From the sequence record OR670491: a stretch of DNA of 64,000 nucleotides, one strand, 5' to 3'. The stretch is from Escherichia phage vB_EcoM_JNE01. Below are positions 14,467-28,196 of this stretch, one piece after another. The number at the start of each line of letters is the position of its first letter. Position 1 is the first letter of the stretch. The translations under genes were made by a program, and so were the position numbers. Under the pieces are notes generated by a model. The model searched no databases, was not told where the DNA came from, and was given only the letters and a program-made list of their open reading frames with translations.

Positions 14467-15033
14467 ATGAACAATTTACTACACATGTTCCAGATTGACG
14501 TAGCAGGTACGAACCTAGACAACATCCCTTACTACAAGTATGAGGACTATGATTCATCTTCCCCTACTACTGCACCAACCGACCAACAAACTATTGATAA
14601 GTCCGTGGCACTACTACGTTACTTACAAGTAACACGTTTGCTATCCACCTATTCTGTACCAGTTTACTACACAATTGAGTTTGCAACCCCAGGAACTGCA
14701 AAGACAATTCCTACTGGTGCAACCCTAAAAGTTGGTTACATTAGCTATGAGCCATTCCTAAGCACTCTAAGTGAAGAAGAATTAGATGCTCTAAACACCG
14801 AAGATCTTAAAACTGCAAAAGCAGCCGAGATCATCAAGGAACTAATCAACAATTCACTAAAAGGTGACGGTACTAATTCTATTGAGAATGAACAAATCAC
14901 TGTACAAAAAACCATCCAACGTGTTAACAACGCACTGGATCGTACCAATGTTGATTTCATTGAACTAGAAAACGTGTACCTAAACGTACCTTCTGTTGCT
15001 GATGCAAGTACTGTAGCTTACATCAAACTATAA
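14467..15033 (+). CDS. hypothetical protein
   Basis: Track start 14440 is GTG; ATG 14467 follows GGAGA. Confidence 0.45.
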   Translation: MNNLLHMFQIDVAGTNLDNIPYYKYEDYDSSSPTTAPTDQQTIDKSVALLRYLQVTRLLSTYSVPVYYTIEFATPGTAKTIPTGATLKVGYISYEPFLSTLSEEELDALNTEDLKTAKAAEIIKELINNSLKGDGTNSIENEQITVQKTIQRVNNALDRTNVDFIELENVYLNVPSVADASTVAYIKL

Positions 15034-15055
15034 TTTTTTACATGGAGTTCTTGAC

Positions 15056-15250
15056 ATGACTGACAAAACCTTTTATGATCGTATTATTGAAGACAAGGGT
15101 GTGTTTGATAAAGTAATCTATGATTTGGAACTAATGATCAAAGATTCCCCTAACCCACGAATGCGTACACAGGCTGAGTTTGCAAAAACTTACTTAGTTC
15201 AAGTTCAAGCAATTTGTGAAGCGATTAAAAAACATAACGATGGTGCTTGA
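15056..15250 (+). CDS. hypothetical protein
   Basis: 64-aa ORF, RBS GGAG. Confidence 0.35.
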   Translation: MTDKTFYDRIIEDKGVFDKVIYDLELMIKDSPNPRMRTQAEFAKTYLVQVQAICEAIKKHNDGA

Positions 15251-15275
15251 CATTACCACCATCAAAATATATAAT
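15247..15275 (+). promoter_or_regulatory. sigma70-type promoter (TTGACA-17-TATAAT)
   Basis: Perfect -35 TTGACA at 15247 and -10 TATAAT at 15270, 17-bp spacer, just upstream of the IF3-like gene. Confidence 0.6.
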
Positions 15276-15319
15276 TATTACCGTAACGAACATTATAAAA
15301 CATTGGAGCTTTTTATTAC

Positions 15320-16379
<1,060 letters not shown>

Positions 16380-16395
16380 AAAATAATTTACTAAA

Positions 16396-18559
<2,164 letters not shown>

Positions 18560-18560
<1 letters not shown>

Positions 18561-19348
18561 TGCCAAGTAAGAGCAAAAGTCAAGCTAAATTCATGGCGGC
18601 GGCCGCCCACAATCCTGAGTTTGCAAAGAAAGCTGGGATTTCCCAGGATGCAGCAAAGGAGTGGAACAATGCTGACGAGAAAGAAGGTAATTTGAAGAAA
18701 GGTTCCAAGTTGCCTAACAAGGTAAAAGAATCCAGTATGCGTGGTTTGGTTGATATCATTCAAGATGCAGAAATTTCTCAAGACATTGAAGAAACATGTG
18801 ATACAATGGTTGAACCTGAAGATAAAGAAACACTAGAAGAAATGCCACAACGTTTTGATAGTTTCCAAGGACAAGACCGTGATGAGTTCGTTGATAAAAC
18901 TGCTGAACTCACTGGTAAACACAACATGGTTCCATTTGCAAAGCATAAAGATTTTGATGTTATGATGAGTAAAAACGGAACGGGCTTTATTGCTTATGAT
19001 AAGAAAGGTAAGCAGTTGGGTATTGTCAGTGGTCATCTATCTAATGATGCAGTGGTTGGTGTTCGACAAGTGTTTGAGATTGCAGCAACAGCATCTAAAA
19101 CAGGAACAAAAGGTATCATCTACAATATCTTTATGGATATGGTAGCAAATGGTATCGCAGTACTAAGCGACAGCTTACATACTGATGACGCAATTAAATT
19201 CTGGACACGACTAATCGGGTCACATCAGGTTTATATTGTGGGTGGTGGCGAAGTTCTCGCCAAAGCAACTCCAGAGAAAGTACACAAGTACTGGAGTGAT
19301 GATGAAAACAGCCCAAGTGCTGAACTACAATTACTATTAGTAAAATAA
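18560..19348 (+). CDS. hypothetical protein
   Basis: 262 aa; RBS GGGAG; N-terminal SKSQAKFMAAAAHNPEFAKKAG segment. Confidence 0.5.
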
Positions 19349-19351
19349 ATT

Positions 19352-19385
19352 ATATCGGGGCATTATATGCCTCGATATTTTTTTG
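19352..19385 (+). terminator. rho-independent terminator
   Basis: ATATCGGGGCAT-TAT-ATGCCTCGATAT hairpin followed by T7. Confidence 0.7.
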
Positions 19386-19411
19386 GAACAACAAAAACGT
19401 CAATGATATAA
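19383..19411 (+). promoter_or_regulatory. putative promoter
   Basis: TTGGAA, 18-bp spacer, TATAAT upstream of the topoisomerase gene. Confidence 0.4.
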
Positions 19412-19449
19412 TTTGATGAGACAAAGAGACATTGAAAAAAGGAATTATA

Positions 19450-21414
19450 ATGGCTAAGAAAGAAAGTGCAGTTCTTCAAGAACATGACGTACAACGATTG
19501 AATGACTACCAACATGCTCGACTACGTACAGAGATGTATCTTGGCTCTCGCTCTATCCACGAAAGTCAAGTACTGATTTTTGGTGAAAACGGATATGCTG
19601 TTAAAAATGTAGAATGGGTTCCGGCTATTCTTACTGCAACCCGTGAAATCATTGATAATAGCCTTGACGAATTCAAGAAAGCTGGTACTAAAGAACCAGT
19701 TCTTCGTGTCGAGTTTGATGAAGAAAACCTGTCATTCGAAATTAGTGATAATGGTCGTGGTATTCCTATTGACTACGTTCCTGAGTATCAGAAAAACCTT
19801 TGCACAATGGTAATGACTGAAACTAAAACTGGTCGTAACTTTGACGATTCTAAACGTGATGAAACTATCGGACAGAACGGTCTAGGTGGTTCAGTAGCGA
19901 TGATTGTTAGTTCTAAAGCTGAACTGGAAATTCATCGTCAGGGTCGCCCTTATAAAACACAGACCAGCAATGACCAATATGATGGTTTCTATAAGTACAA
20001 CCAGAAGTTTGAAGAAGGAACTATTATGTTCCCTGAGCTTCATGTACATGAACCAACCATTCGTAAGGTACAAACTGACAAAACTGGTACTACTATTCGA
20101 TTCACTCTAAGTACTGAAGTATTCCCGAATCGTGTATTACCAACAGAATTACTTTTTAGTATTCTAAAAGAAATGGCAGCAGCGAACCCTACGTACAAGA
20201 TTTTCCTTAATGGTAAACGTATGACTATCAAGGGTAGTACTGAAAAAGCACTGTTCAATGCATCTAAGCTGATGACCCTTAATGTTAAGGATGAGTCATT
20301 CAACTTTAACAGTACTTTCTACATTGTACCGAATGCTGTTTCCGACATGAACACAAACTTCCATATGCATGGTCTTGTGAACAACGCCCCTGCATTTGAT
20401 GGTGGTACACATCTTGACACGTTCAAGAAGTTCTTCTCGTTGGGTGTTGGTTCTGCTCTGGAGAAAGAAGCCAAGAAGCGTCGTATGAAGCCTAACCGTT
20501 CTGACATTGAAGAAGGTTTGCTAATCTATAACGTAACAACAATGAAAGCACCATCATTCAACTCACAGATTAAATCTAAACTAACAAACGAAAACGTTAT
20601 TCGTCCAATTCAACAAGCGATGAGTACTGAATGGTTTGATGAATTAGTTAAGAAGAACAAAGAATGGGTTGATGAAATCTTTGAACGTTGTGCAGCACGT
20701 ACCAACAAGAAAGATGCAGAAGAAGATCGCCGTCTTGCCAAAAAACTACTAAAAGGTAAAGTTGCAAAACTACTGGATAGTACTGGTGTTGACCGTAGTA
20801 ACTGTATTCTGTTGATTGCTGAGGGTGATTCTGCTATTTCAAACATGGCAAGTGCTCGTGATCCTAAAGTTCATGGTATTCTACCTTTACGTGGTAAAAT
20901 CATGAACGTAAGTGGTTCTGAGAAAACAAAAGAACTTATGGATTCTATGGCATTGCATGATATAATGGCGAGCATCAACTTGATCCCTGGTGTGAAAGCT
21001 GAACGTGCAGACCTTAACTACGGTAAGCTTTATATCTGTGCGGACGAAGATGAGGATGGTAAAAACATTGGTGCATTGGTTTGTAACTTCCTATACAAGT
21101 TCTGGCCTGAACTGTTCCAAGATCCAGAGAACCCATTTGTTTATGTGTTCAAAACACCATTCATCATTCTAGAGAAAGGTAAAGAATCCAAGTACTTCTA
21201 TGGTCATGATGTTGACCAGTACAATCCAGATGACTGGAAAGGCTGGAAAGCAACGCGTGCGAAAGGTCTTGGTACACTAGAGAAAGCAAACTTCCGTGAT
21301 GCTTTCACAAACAGTGTTGCAGTAGCAATCACCGATGATGGACGCTTAGGTGAAACACTGGATTTGATTTTCAACAAGAAACGTGCAGACGACCGCAAAG
21401 CTTGGATGGAATAA
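19450..21414 (+). CDS. DNA topoisomerase II large subunit (GyrB-like ATPase plus Toprim)
   Basis: GHKL N-box EIIDNSLDE, Toprim ILLIAEGDSA; ATG 19450 after AAAAGGA (track start is TTG). Confidence 0.9.
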   Translation: MAKKESAVLQEHDVQRLNDYQHARLRTEMYLGSRSIHESQVLIFGENGYAVKNVEWVPAILTATREIIDNSLDEFKKAGTKEPVLRVEFDEENLSFEISDNGRGIPIDYVPEYQKNLCTMVMTETKTGRNFDDSKRDETIGQNGLGGSVAMIVSSKAELEIHRQGRPYKTQTSNDQYDGFYKYNQKFEEGTIMFPELHVHEPTIRKVQTDKTGTTIRFTLSTEVFPNRVLPTELLFSILKEMAAANPTYKIFLNGKRMTIKGSTEKALFNASKLMTLNVKDESFNFNSTFYIVPNAVSDMNTNFHMHGLVNNAPAFDGGTHLDTFKKFFSLGVGSALEKEAKKRRMKPNRSDIEEGLLIYNVTTMKAPSFNSQIKSKLTNENVIRPIQQAMSTEWFDELVKKNKEWVDEIFERCAARTNKKDAEEDRRLAKKLLKGKVAKLLDSTGVDRSNCILLIAEGDSAISNMASARDPKVHGILPLRGKIMNVSGSEKTKELMDSMALHDIMASINLIPGVKAERADLNYGKLYICADEDEDGKNIGALVCNFLYKFWPELFQDPENPFVYVFKTPFIILEKGKESKYFYGHDVDQYNPDDWKGWKATRAKGLGTLEKANFRDAFTNSVAVAITDDGRLGETLDLIFNKKRADDRKAWME

Positions 21415-21467
21415 TATAGATTTTAGGGAGTGCAGGGTGTACTCCCTCATTACAAAGAGACAATGGA

Positions 21468-22880
21468 ATGGCTAAAAGTAAAAAGACAGACGATCAACAA
21501 ATTGTAAACACTAATCTAACACTACTAGACTATAATAGTTCAGACTATGTAAACACTACATCTCTTGAGTACTCAATGTACACATTAGACCGTGCAATCC
21601 CTGGTATTGATGGCCTTAAAAGTTCTCAACGTAAAGCAATCTTTACTTTATCTAAGGTCAGTGGTGAAATCAAAACCGTATCTTGTGCTGGTAAGATGAT
21701 TAGTGATGGTATCTATCTACATGGTGATATGTCCGCATCTGGTACATTACAGAACCTAGCATCACCTGTAGCAAACAACTACCCTCTCATTGGTAAACGT
21801 GGTGGCTTCGGTACTCAAGTTAACAGTACTCCAGCATCTGCTCGTTATACCTATGTGAAAAAGAATAAAAGTACTGAAATGCTTGTTCTCCGTGATATGG
21901 ATATTATTCCTATGAAAGAGAACTATGACGGTACAACAATGGAACCTATGTATTTCCTACCAATCATCCCACTATCTTTATTTGGTAACGATAGTATGTC
22001 AGTAGGTTATAAGAGTACAATTATGCCTCATAAGATTGAGGATGTAATTGATAACTGTATCCGTGCTATTGAGAAGAAGAAACTTAAAGAGATGACTCCT
22101 TATTATGTTTCTTGCGGAGCAAGTGATATCGTAACTAAGCTAGATGAGAACAAATATGAGTTCTACGGGAAAGCTGAAATCATTGATGCAAGCACTGTAA
22201 AAGTAACAGGTCTACCACCAAACTACGGAATTGAGAAGTTCATTGAGAAACTAATCAAGATGAGCGATGATGGTGATATCCGTGATTATGACAATGACAG
22301 TACTGATGTTATTGACATTACAATCAAGCTACCTCGTGGTACATCACAGAAGTGGGTTGAAAAGGATGCTATTGAGTATTTCGGCTTGCACAAGAAACTA
22401 ACCCAGCACTTAACCGTACTAGGTGAAAATGGTAAAGTTAAGGTGTATGATGATACATTGGAGTTGATTAAAGACTTCGTAAACTTCCGTTTCCAGTACT
22501 ACATTAAGCGTTATGAACGTAAACTACAGGAATGTGATGCTGAAGTTCGTTATAAAATCCTTATCAAAGAGTGTTTTGATAATGATATGATTGGTAAAGT
22601 TAAATCCTTTGCTAACCGCACCGAGATGGTAAACTTTGTTACATCAATGAATGGTGAAATTGAAGCAACTCCTGAAAACATTCAGAGTATTGTGAACTTC
22701 CCATCATATCGTTGGACACAGGACAACTACGCAGCAGTACTGGATGATATCCAAACCAATCTAGATCTCATGGATAAGTACAATGCTCTATTGGCTAACC
22801 ATGATTCAATATGGGATATCTATAAAGAAGAGTTAAAAGAACTACGTAAAGTCGATTTCACTCCTAAATCAGACGGTTAA
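21468..22880 (+). CDS. DNA topoisomerase II medium subunit (GyrA-like cleavage subunit)
   Basis: N-terminal LDRAIPGIDGLKSSQRK matches the GyrA/ParC N-terminal motif; directly downstream of the large subunit. Confidence 0.8.
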   Translation: MAKSKKTDDQQIVNTNLTLLDYNSSDYVNTTSLEYSMYTLDRAIPGIDGLKSSQRKAIFTLSKVSGEIKTVSCAGKMISDGIYLHGDMSASGTLQNLASPVANNYPLIGKRGGFGTQVNSTPASARYTYVKKNKSTEMLVLRDMDIIPMKENYDGTTMEPMYFLPIIPLSLFGNDSMSVGYKSTIMPHKIEDVIDNCIRAIEKKKLKEMTPYYVSCGASDIVTKLDENKYEFYGKAEIIDASTVKVTGLPPNYGIEKFIEKLIKMSDDGDIRDYDNDSTDVIDITIKLPRGTSQKWVEKDAIEYFGLHKKLTQHLTVLGENGKVKVYDDTLELIKDFVNFRFQYYIKRYERKLQECDAEVRYKILIKECFDNDMIGKVKSFANRTEMVNFVTSMNGEIEATPENIQSIVNFPSYRWTQDNYAAVLDDIQTNLDLMDKYNALLANHDSIWDIYKEELKELRKVDFTPKSDG

Positions 22881-22892
22881 CATATAATAGCG

Positions 22893-22920
22893 AGAAGACC
22901 TTATGGGTCTTCTTGTTTCT
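22893..22920 (+). terminator. rho-independent terminator
   Basis: AGAAGACC-TTATG-GGTCTTCT hairpin followed by T-rich tract. Confidence 0.6.
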
Positions 22921-22968
22921 TTATATAAATAATCTATAGATAATCGTAGCGAGCTATGGAGAAATGAA

Positions 22969-25362
22969 ATGGCAATTTTTACCCCTCAATGGGATATAAA
23001 AGCTGATGCACGATACATACAAGAAGGACAGGATATTCTTGTACGCCTAAGTATCAATAAAGAAAGCACAACTAATGATAGCTATACTCTAAATGCTGAT
23101 GAATACTTAGAAATGATTCTGAATATTCAATGCTTAGATAGTTCAGGTGCAGTATTTTCAGCGGAATCACATTATACTATTAATGTTGGTGATGATTTAA
23201 ACAATTTACAACCTTTATCAACTGGTATCACAGGGAACAAACTAATCAATGGTAAACATAAATGTAAGATTACCAAGACTAGTTTTGAACTATCCAGTAC
23301 AGAACAATCACAAGACGTATATTACATAAAACTACACTGTATTGATGATGGTACATTTAACAGTACTGAACAAATAAACTTCTTTTTACAAGCAGTGAAT
23401 GTAATGTATTTTGGTAATATTTCACCTAGTGGTGAATTGCGTAATACTGAAGTGACAGTTACATATGATAGTCAAGAAGTATGGGTAACACCAGGTGTAG
23501 AGATTGGTGATGACAAGCAGCTATATTGCATTGGGGATGTTGAATACGGCTCTAACAGTACTTTATTCGTTCAGGGCTTTGGTCGCCGCAGACCGTTTAT
23601 TATCGGAACTGACACCAGTGATGACATTACCCCTAGAGTATTTTTTCCTGCATATCGTTTATTGGATATGGATATTTCTGAAGTGCCATCAAGACACATC
23701 ACTAATGATTATGCTATACTGCGACCATTGCCTGCCACATGGCCTTTGAATGGTATCAATAAAGAAGTTAAAGTTAATATCGAAGACAAGCAACGTAATG
23801 TTACAAACACTGGGCTGGTCTTTAACCCGAATGGTCAATTCCTGCAAACTTTCTTGTATGAATCTGATGCATGTGACTTGTACTTTAAAGTTGAAATAGT
23901 AGATATTCTTTCTATGTACACTGATGATAGTGAACGATTTGCAATTAACCAACGTTATAAAGCCTATCAGATGTGGGTATGTCCAGAAGACATTGATGGT
24001 ATATATGCAACTTCTGATAAACCATTACCGAATCATTTGTATCAATTAAAAGATAACGTAGTTTATCCATACGTAATCGTCGGTGAATATGACCTTGGTG
24101 AAACTAAACCAGTCTTTAATAGTTCCGACTGGAATGACTTAGGGTACTATGATGCAACGTTAGGTGAAAATATTATTGGTGAAACCAAAATGTTCAGAGT
24201 ACTAATGAACGCAGAAGAAGGAAGTACGATTAACTTCATTACTGATAGTGATTTAGGTACAGTTCACGTTGGCGAATACTTCGGTCATACAAACGTTGCA
24301 CAAATTCAAACTAACAGTACTAATCAGGTGTCTTATGTACTTGATGGTGGTGATAGTATTCAGAAGTATGGATTATATCTAACTCCTGATGGTTATATCG
24401 CAGGTACAGCTTATGCTAAAAGTATGGATTTTAGTGCAAATGATGATATAAAATTAGAATTCAAAGTGAAAGCATATGACACCACTGGTGCATCAGCTAC
24501 ACAAACATTCAAGCTGTCAATCGTTCGTGGATTTGGTCAGAACTATATAAGTGCACATATTGTTCCTTCAGTATCTTTGGAACGAGATTGGTTTAAATGT
24601 ATCAGTACTGCATCGTTTACTAACCAAGCATACCATCGTCAATCGGATGATAGATATGGATTACAGAAAGTTCCTCGTATGCTATTGAAAGAAAACTTCT
24701 TAAACCAGAACTATATCTATACAACACTAGGTAATCTGAAGAAAGTTCTAAGAGATAATATTGTAAATCCTGATGGTTCAACTATCCCTGATGGGAAGTT
24801 CAAGATGGTTTTAGGTAACTACAAAATCATGTCAGCACTTGACAACCAAGGTAACTTACAGTATGATTTATTATATCGTGAAGTGTTACCAGAAGGTTCA
24901 TTAGTTTCTGTGTCTAGAAAGCCACGCACCTACACCGATATACCTAACGGTTCCTTGGGTGAGTTGTTTGGATTGAGACAGAACATATATGATGTTATTG
25001 GTGAAGATACTACAAACTTACTGAAAGACCCAACGGATCTCCAAAACCGTGGTTTGTATGTAGATGCTATATCTGGGTTAAGTGAAGAAATGCTGGATAC
25101 TGTTCCAAGATTCATGAACCACCCATACCAAGAAGATGGTATTGTTAAACGCTTTATGCCTATAATTCCGGTTGCGTACTGTGCACCTGGGAAGGCAGAA
25201 GCATTCTTTAACACTTTACTTATGAACAATGAACATGCTAACATGGTCGGTGTGGAATTTGAAATTACCTCTGTTGAGTTCGGATACTGGACTAATGACG
25301 ACAATAATTATCTACATGATACATTCTTGATATCATTACAAAACAACAACTTAGGAGGATAA
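22969..25362 (+). CDS. large protein with Ig-like domain, unknown function
   Basis: 797 aa; segment LTPDGYIAGTAY...FKVKAYDTTGASATQTFKLSI resembles bacterial Ig-like domains. Confidence 0.6.
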   Translation: MAIFTPQWDIKADARYIQEGQDILVRLSINKESTTNDSYTLNADEYLEMILNIQCLDSSGAVFSAESHYTINVGDDLNNLQPLSTGITGNKLINGKHKCKITKTSFELSSTEQSQDVYYIKLHCIDDGTFNSTEQINFFLQAVNVMYFGNISPSGELRNTEVTVTYDSQEVWVTPGVEIGDDKQLYCIGDVEYGSNSTLFVQGFGRRRPFIIGTDTSDDITPRVFFPAYRLLDMDISEVPSRHITNDYAILRPLPATWPLNGINKEVKVNIEDKQRNVTNTGLVFNPNGQFLQTFLYESDACDLYFKVEIVDILSMYTDDSERFAINQRYKAYQMWVCPEDIDGIYATSDKPLPNHLYQLKDNVVYPYVIVGEYDLGETKPVFNSSDWNDLGYYDATLGENIIGETKMFRVLMNAEEGSTINFITDSDLGTVHVGEYFGHTNVAQIQTNSTNQVSYVLDGGDSIQKYGLYLTPDGYIAGTAYAKSMDFSANDDIKLEFKVKAYDTTGASATQTFKLSIVRGFGQNYISAHIVPSVSLERDWFKCISTASFTNQAYHRQSDDRYGLQKVPRMLLKENFLNQNYIYTTLGNLKKVLRDNIVNPDGSTIPDGKFKMVLGNYKIMSALDNQGNLQYDLLYREVLPEGSLVSVSRKPRTYTDIPNGSLGELFGLRQNIYDVIGEDTTNLLKDPTDLQNRGLYVDAISGLSEEMLDTVPRFMNHPYQEDGIVKRFMPIIPVAYCAPGKAEAFFNTLLMNNEHANMVGVEFEITSVEFGYWTNDDNNYLHDTFLISLQNNNLGG

Positions 25363-25363
25363 T

Positions 25364-25675
25364 ATGTTCAATCCATTTTTTGACCCATCAACCTTTACTG
25401 ACAAAGAACTTCAGTTGAAGATTAACGAACAATCTATGCGTATTGCATCAGCCAGAGCAGCAGGGATGGGTGATGCTATTGTATCTAACATGCAAGTAGT
25501 ACTAAATCAGTGCTATGATGAAATTGAACTACGTCAAGGTACTAAAGAGAAAAGTACCTATGATGACGCAGATCCTTGTGTGTTTGATATGGAATCGTAC
25601 TTAACTGATAACGATGAGGATAGTAAGAAGAAAAATGAAAGTTCAAGGAAACAGATTTATAAGTCCCAATGGTGA
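25364..25675 (+). CDS. hypothetical protein
   Basis: 103-aa ORF, strong RBS TAGGAGG. Confidence 0.45.
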   Translation: MFNPFFDPSTFTDKELQLKINEQSMRIASARAAGMGDAIVSNMQVVLNQCYDEIELRQGTKEKSTYDDADPCVFDMESYLTDNDEDSKKKNESSRKQIYKSQW

Positions 25676-26153
25676 TGTAAAATGTAACCTGAACTCTGTT
25701 GTGTATGCAATCAACTGTGGTGCTGATATTCAGTACTTGCAGTTGGTTGACATTGATGAACCAGAACGACAGAAATTCAATGATAACTGTAGAAAATTCG
25801 GGTTAGAGCAGCGTATGCTGGATTACGAAATTGAGCATGATAAAAATCATGAACTTTGGCGTTATGATGCGGTATACGATAAGATTAACCTACGTGATTT
25901 TTTCCTGGAAAAATGTACATCTGACGCAGCACGTGAACGTGTTATGTATGAAATTGATTTATTCGAACACTACAATATGACCAAATTATTGCGTTGTATG
26001 ATTTGGCTAGTGGACTACATGGAAGACCATGAAATCTTCTGGGGCTTAGGTCGTGGTAGTTCAGTAGCTTCATATTGTTTGTTCCTGATTGATTTGCACA
26101 TGGTTGACTCACTGAAGTATAACCTAGATGTGAATGAATTTTTGAAATGGTAG
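25635..26153 (+). CDS. hypothetical protein
   Basis: Start uncertain (track 25614 overlaps upstream gene); C-terminal GLGRGSSVASYCLFLID segment. Confidence 0.4.
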   Translation: MKVQGNRFISPNGDVKCNLNSVVYAINCGADIQYLQLVDIDEPERQKFNDNCRKFGLEQRMLDYEIEHDKNHELWRYDAVYDKINLRDFFLEKCTSDAARERVMYEIDLFEHYNMTKLLRCMIWLVDYMEDHEIFWGLGRGSSVASYCLFLIDLHMVDSLKYNLDVNEFLKW

Positions 26154-26212
26154 AGAAACACGTGATATAATGTTCGATGTGATGTTATATCTCAATTAAA
26201 AAGGATTTTTAT

Positions 26213-26557
26213 ATGTCTAAACATACAACTTATCGCGGTACTATTATTGATATGGATATGCTTAAGTATCAGAACCAACATCAAGTTGCATTAGGTAATG
26301 CAAACCTAAATGCTCGCGGTGATAAAATCGGTTCCGGTGGTACTGTGATTAAAACACGTGAAGAACTCATTCAAGAGAAAGAACGTGAAATGCAAATTCC
26401 TGACTTTGTTCCTGAGCACCAACTTCACAGTACTGAAATCGGTACAGACGATGGTTGGGATGATTCTAGCTTTGAAGTAGAACCATTCGAACAGGTAGAA
26501 CAAGTTTCTGAAGAGAAAAAAGCACCACGTCGTGCAAAAACTAAAGATCAGGAGTAA
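26213..26557 (+). CDS. hypothetical protein
   Basis: 114-aa ORF, RBS AAAAGGA. Confidence 0.45.
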   Translation: MSKHTTYRGTIIDMDMLKYQNQHQVALGNANLNARGDKIGSGGTVIKTREELIQEKEREMQIPDFVPEHQLHSTEIGTDDGWDDSSFEVEPFEQVEQVSEEKKAPRRAKTKDQE

Positions 26558-26560
26558 TCA

Positions 26561-26887
26561 ATGGCTGATAAAGTTATGGTAGCATGTAAAGGTAAAGTAC
26601 TGGTTACTGAGCTTGAGCATGGTGAACGTAAAACTGCTGGTGGCATTGTACTAACCAGTGATGATGGTAAAATTCGTGGCATTCGTTGTCGTTGGGCGAA
26701 AGTCTATTCTGTTGGTGAAGACATTACTGACATTAAAGAAGGTCAATGGATTCTAATTGACCACGGTCGTTGGTCACGTACAATTGAGATTGATGGTATT
26801 CAACTAAACCTAGTTGATTATCCCGCAGCAGTAAGCCTGGTATCTGATGAAGACCCACGTATCAAAGCACAAACCTTTGGTCGTTAA
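26561..26887 (+). CDS. GroES-like co-chaperonin
   Basis: 108 aa; KVLVTELEHGERKTAGGIVLT mirrors the GroES mobile-loop region; RBS AGGAG. Confidence 0.7.
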   Translation: MADKVMVACKGKVLVTELEHGERKTAGGIVLTSDDGKIRGIRCRWAKVYSVGEDITDIKEGQWILIDHGRWSRTIEIDGIQLNLVDYPAAVSLVSDEDPRIKAQTFGR

Positions 26888-26902
26888 TACAATATAAAGA
26901 TA

Positions 26903-26930
26903 GCTCTGAACTATGTTCAGGGCTTTTTAT
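26903..26930 (+). terminator. rho-independent terminator
   Basis: GCTCTGAAC-TAT-GTTCAGGGC hairpin plus TTTTT. Confidence 0.7.
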
Positions 26931-26943
26931 TTGAGGTGTAAAA

Positions 26944-27213
26944 ATGATAACAGATGATGATAAATTCAGTTTCTGTGATGTGCAGTTAGTATCCAAAACT
27001 GGGCGATTTATGTTCGAAGACCGAAAGAACAATAAGTATGTTTATGAAGTTTCGCATGATATGTTTCGTGCATTATTAGTGATTGCAGCAAATTCACAAG
27101 CTACTGGACACAAGACCAAATACAATTCGTTTGATTTTCTTTTTAATCAACTAGAAATAACTGAAGATTTGTTTACTGCCCTTCTTTATGACCATAAAGA
27201 TTGGGTTCAATAA
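26944..27213 (+). CDS. hypothetical protein
   Basis: 89-aa ORF. Confidence 0.4.
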   Translation: MITDDDKFSFCDVQLVSKTGRFMFEDRKNNKYVYEVSHDMFRALLVIAANSQATGHKTKYNSFDFLFNQLEITEDLFTALLYDHKDWVQ

Positions 27214-27242
27214 CCTGTTTATATACAAAAAGGAAAAACACT

Positions 27243-28196
27243 ATGACTACATTATGGACTGAAAAATACCGCCCAGCTACAATGGAAGATTACGTATCCA
27301 AGAATGATGCTCTACGTCAAAAACTAGAAGAGTGGATTCGCACTGGTGATATTCCACACATTGGGTTCTTTGGTCCCGCTGGTACTGGTAAAACCTCTGC
27401 TATTAAGGTTCTACTAAATGGTCTAGAAGCAAATGGTCATCTTGATCCAAGTGACGTTACTATCCTGAACATGTCCGATGAAGGTATCGATGCAGTTCGT
27501 GATAAAATCGATGCAGCAGCAAAACTGTCATGTTTCGGTCGTTACCGTATCTTCGTATTAGAAGAAATGGAGCAGATGAACCACAAAGCACAAGGTAGCT
27601 TGAAACGTGTAATGGAAGATTATCATGAGAATGCTCGCTTTATTCTTACTTCCAATGAACCCCATAAAATTCAAAAACCTATCATTTCTCGTGTACAGGT
27701 AATTACCATTGAGAAACATGATATGGAACAGTTCATGACTCGTATCATCAATATTTTGCTTGCTGAAGGTGTTGACCTAAGTTCCGAAGAAAGTATTGAC
27801 CAAGTTCAACAGTACATCAACGCTTCATATCCAGACTTCCGTAAAACACTAAACGTATTGCAGAGTTCGGTAGTTGATGGTAAACTTGTAAAACTTGAAG
27901 ACAGTATTGAAAACTCTGCTGGTTATCGTACTGCAATTGTAGATGCACTAAAAGCTGGTAACATTCGTCAGATGCGTGAACAAATCGTTCAGAACATCCC
28001 TGATGATGATATGGATGCGTTTTTCTCTTATCTATATCGTAATGCAGAAATGTTCAGTACTGATGAAATTACCCTGATGAAAATCAAGGTTAAGATTCGT
28101 GATGCAGTAGTTAAGCAAGCAACCGTATCTGACCGTGAGATGAACCTTAGTGCATTGCTGTGTGAAATTGACCTAATCTGTTCAGGGAACATGTAA
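27243..28196 (+). CDS. sliding-clamp loader ATPase (RFC/gp44-like)
   Basis: Starts MTTLWTEKYRP (RFC box), Walker A GPAGTGKTS, SRC-like SNEPHKIQKPIISRV; ATG 27243 after AGGAAAAA. Confidence 0.85.
   Translation: MTTLWTEKYRPATMEDYVSKNDALRQKLEEWIRTGDIPHIGFFGPAGTGKTSAIKVLLNGLEANGHLDPSDVTILNMSDEGIDAVRDKIDAAAKLSCFGRYRIFVLEEMEQMNHKAQGSLKRVMEDYHENARFILTSNEPHKIQKPIISRVQVITIEKHDMEQFMTRIINILLAEGVDLSSEESIDQVQQYINASYPDFRKTLNVLQSSVVDGKLVKLEDSIENSAGYRTAIVDALKAGNIRQMREQIVQNIPDDDMDAFFSYLYRNAEMFSTDEITLMKIKVKIRDAVVKQATVSDREMNLSALLCEIDLICSGNM

Noticed and set aside
25635-26153. DnaE-like motif GLGRGSSVASYCLFLID suggesting a DNA polymerase III alpha fragment
   Set aside because: Similarity is limited to one short motif in a 170-aa protein; too little to call a polymerase fragment without a search.
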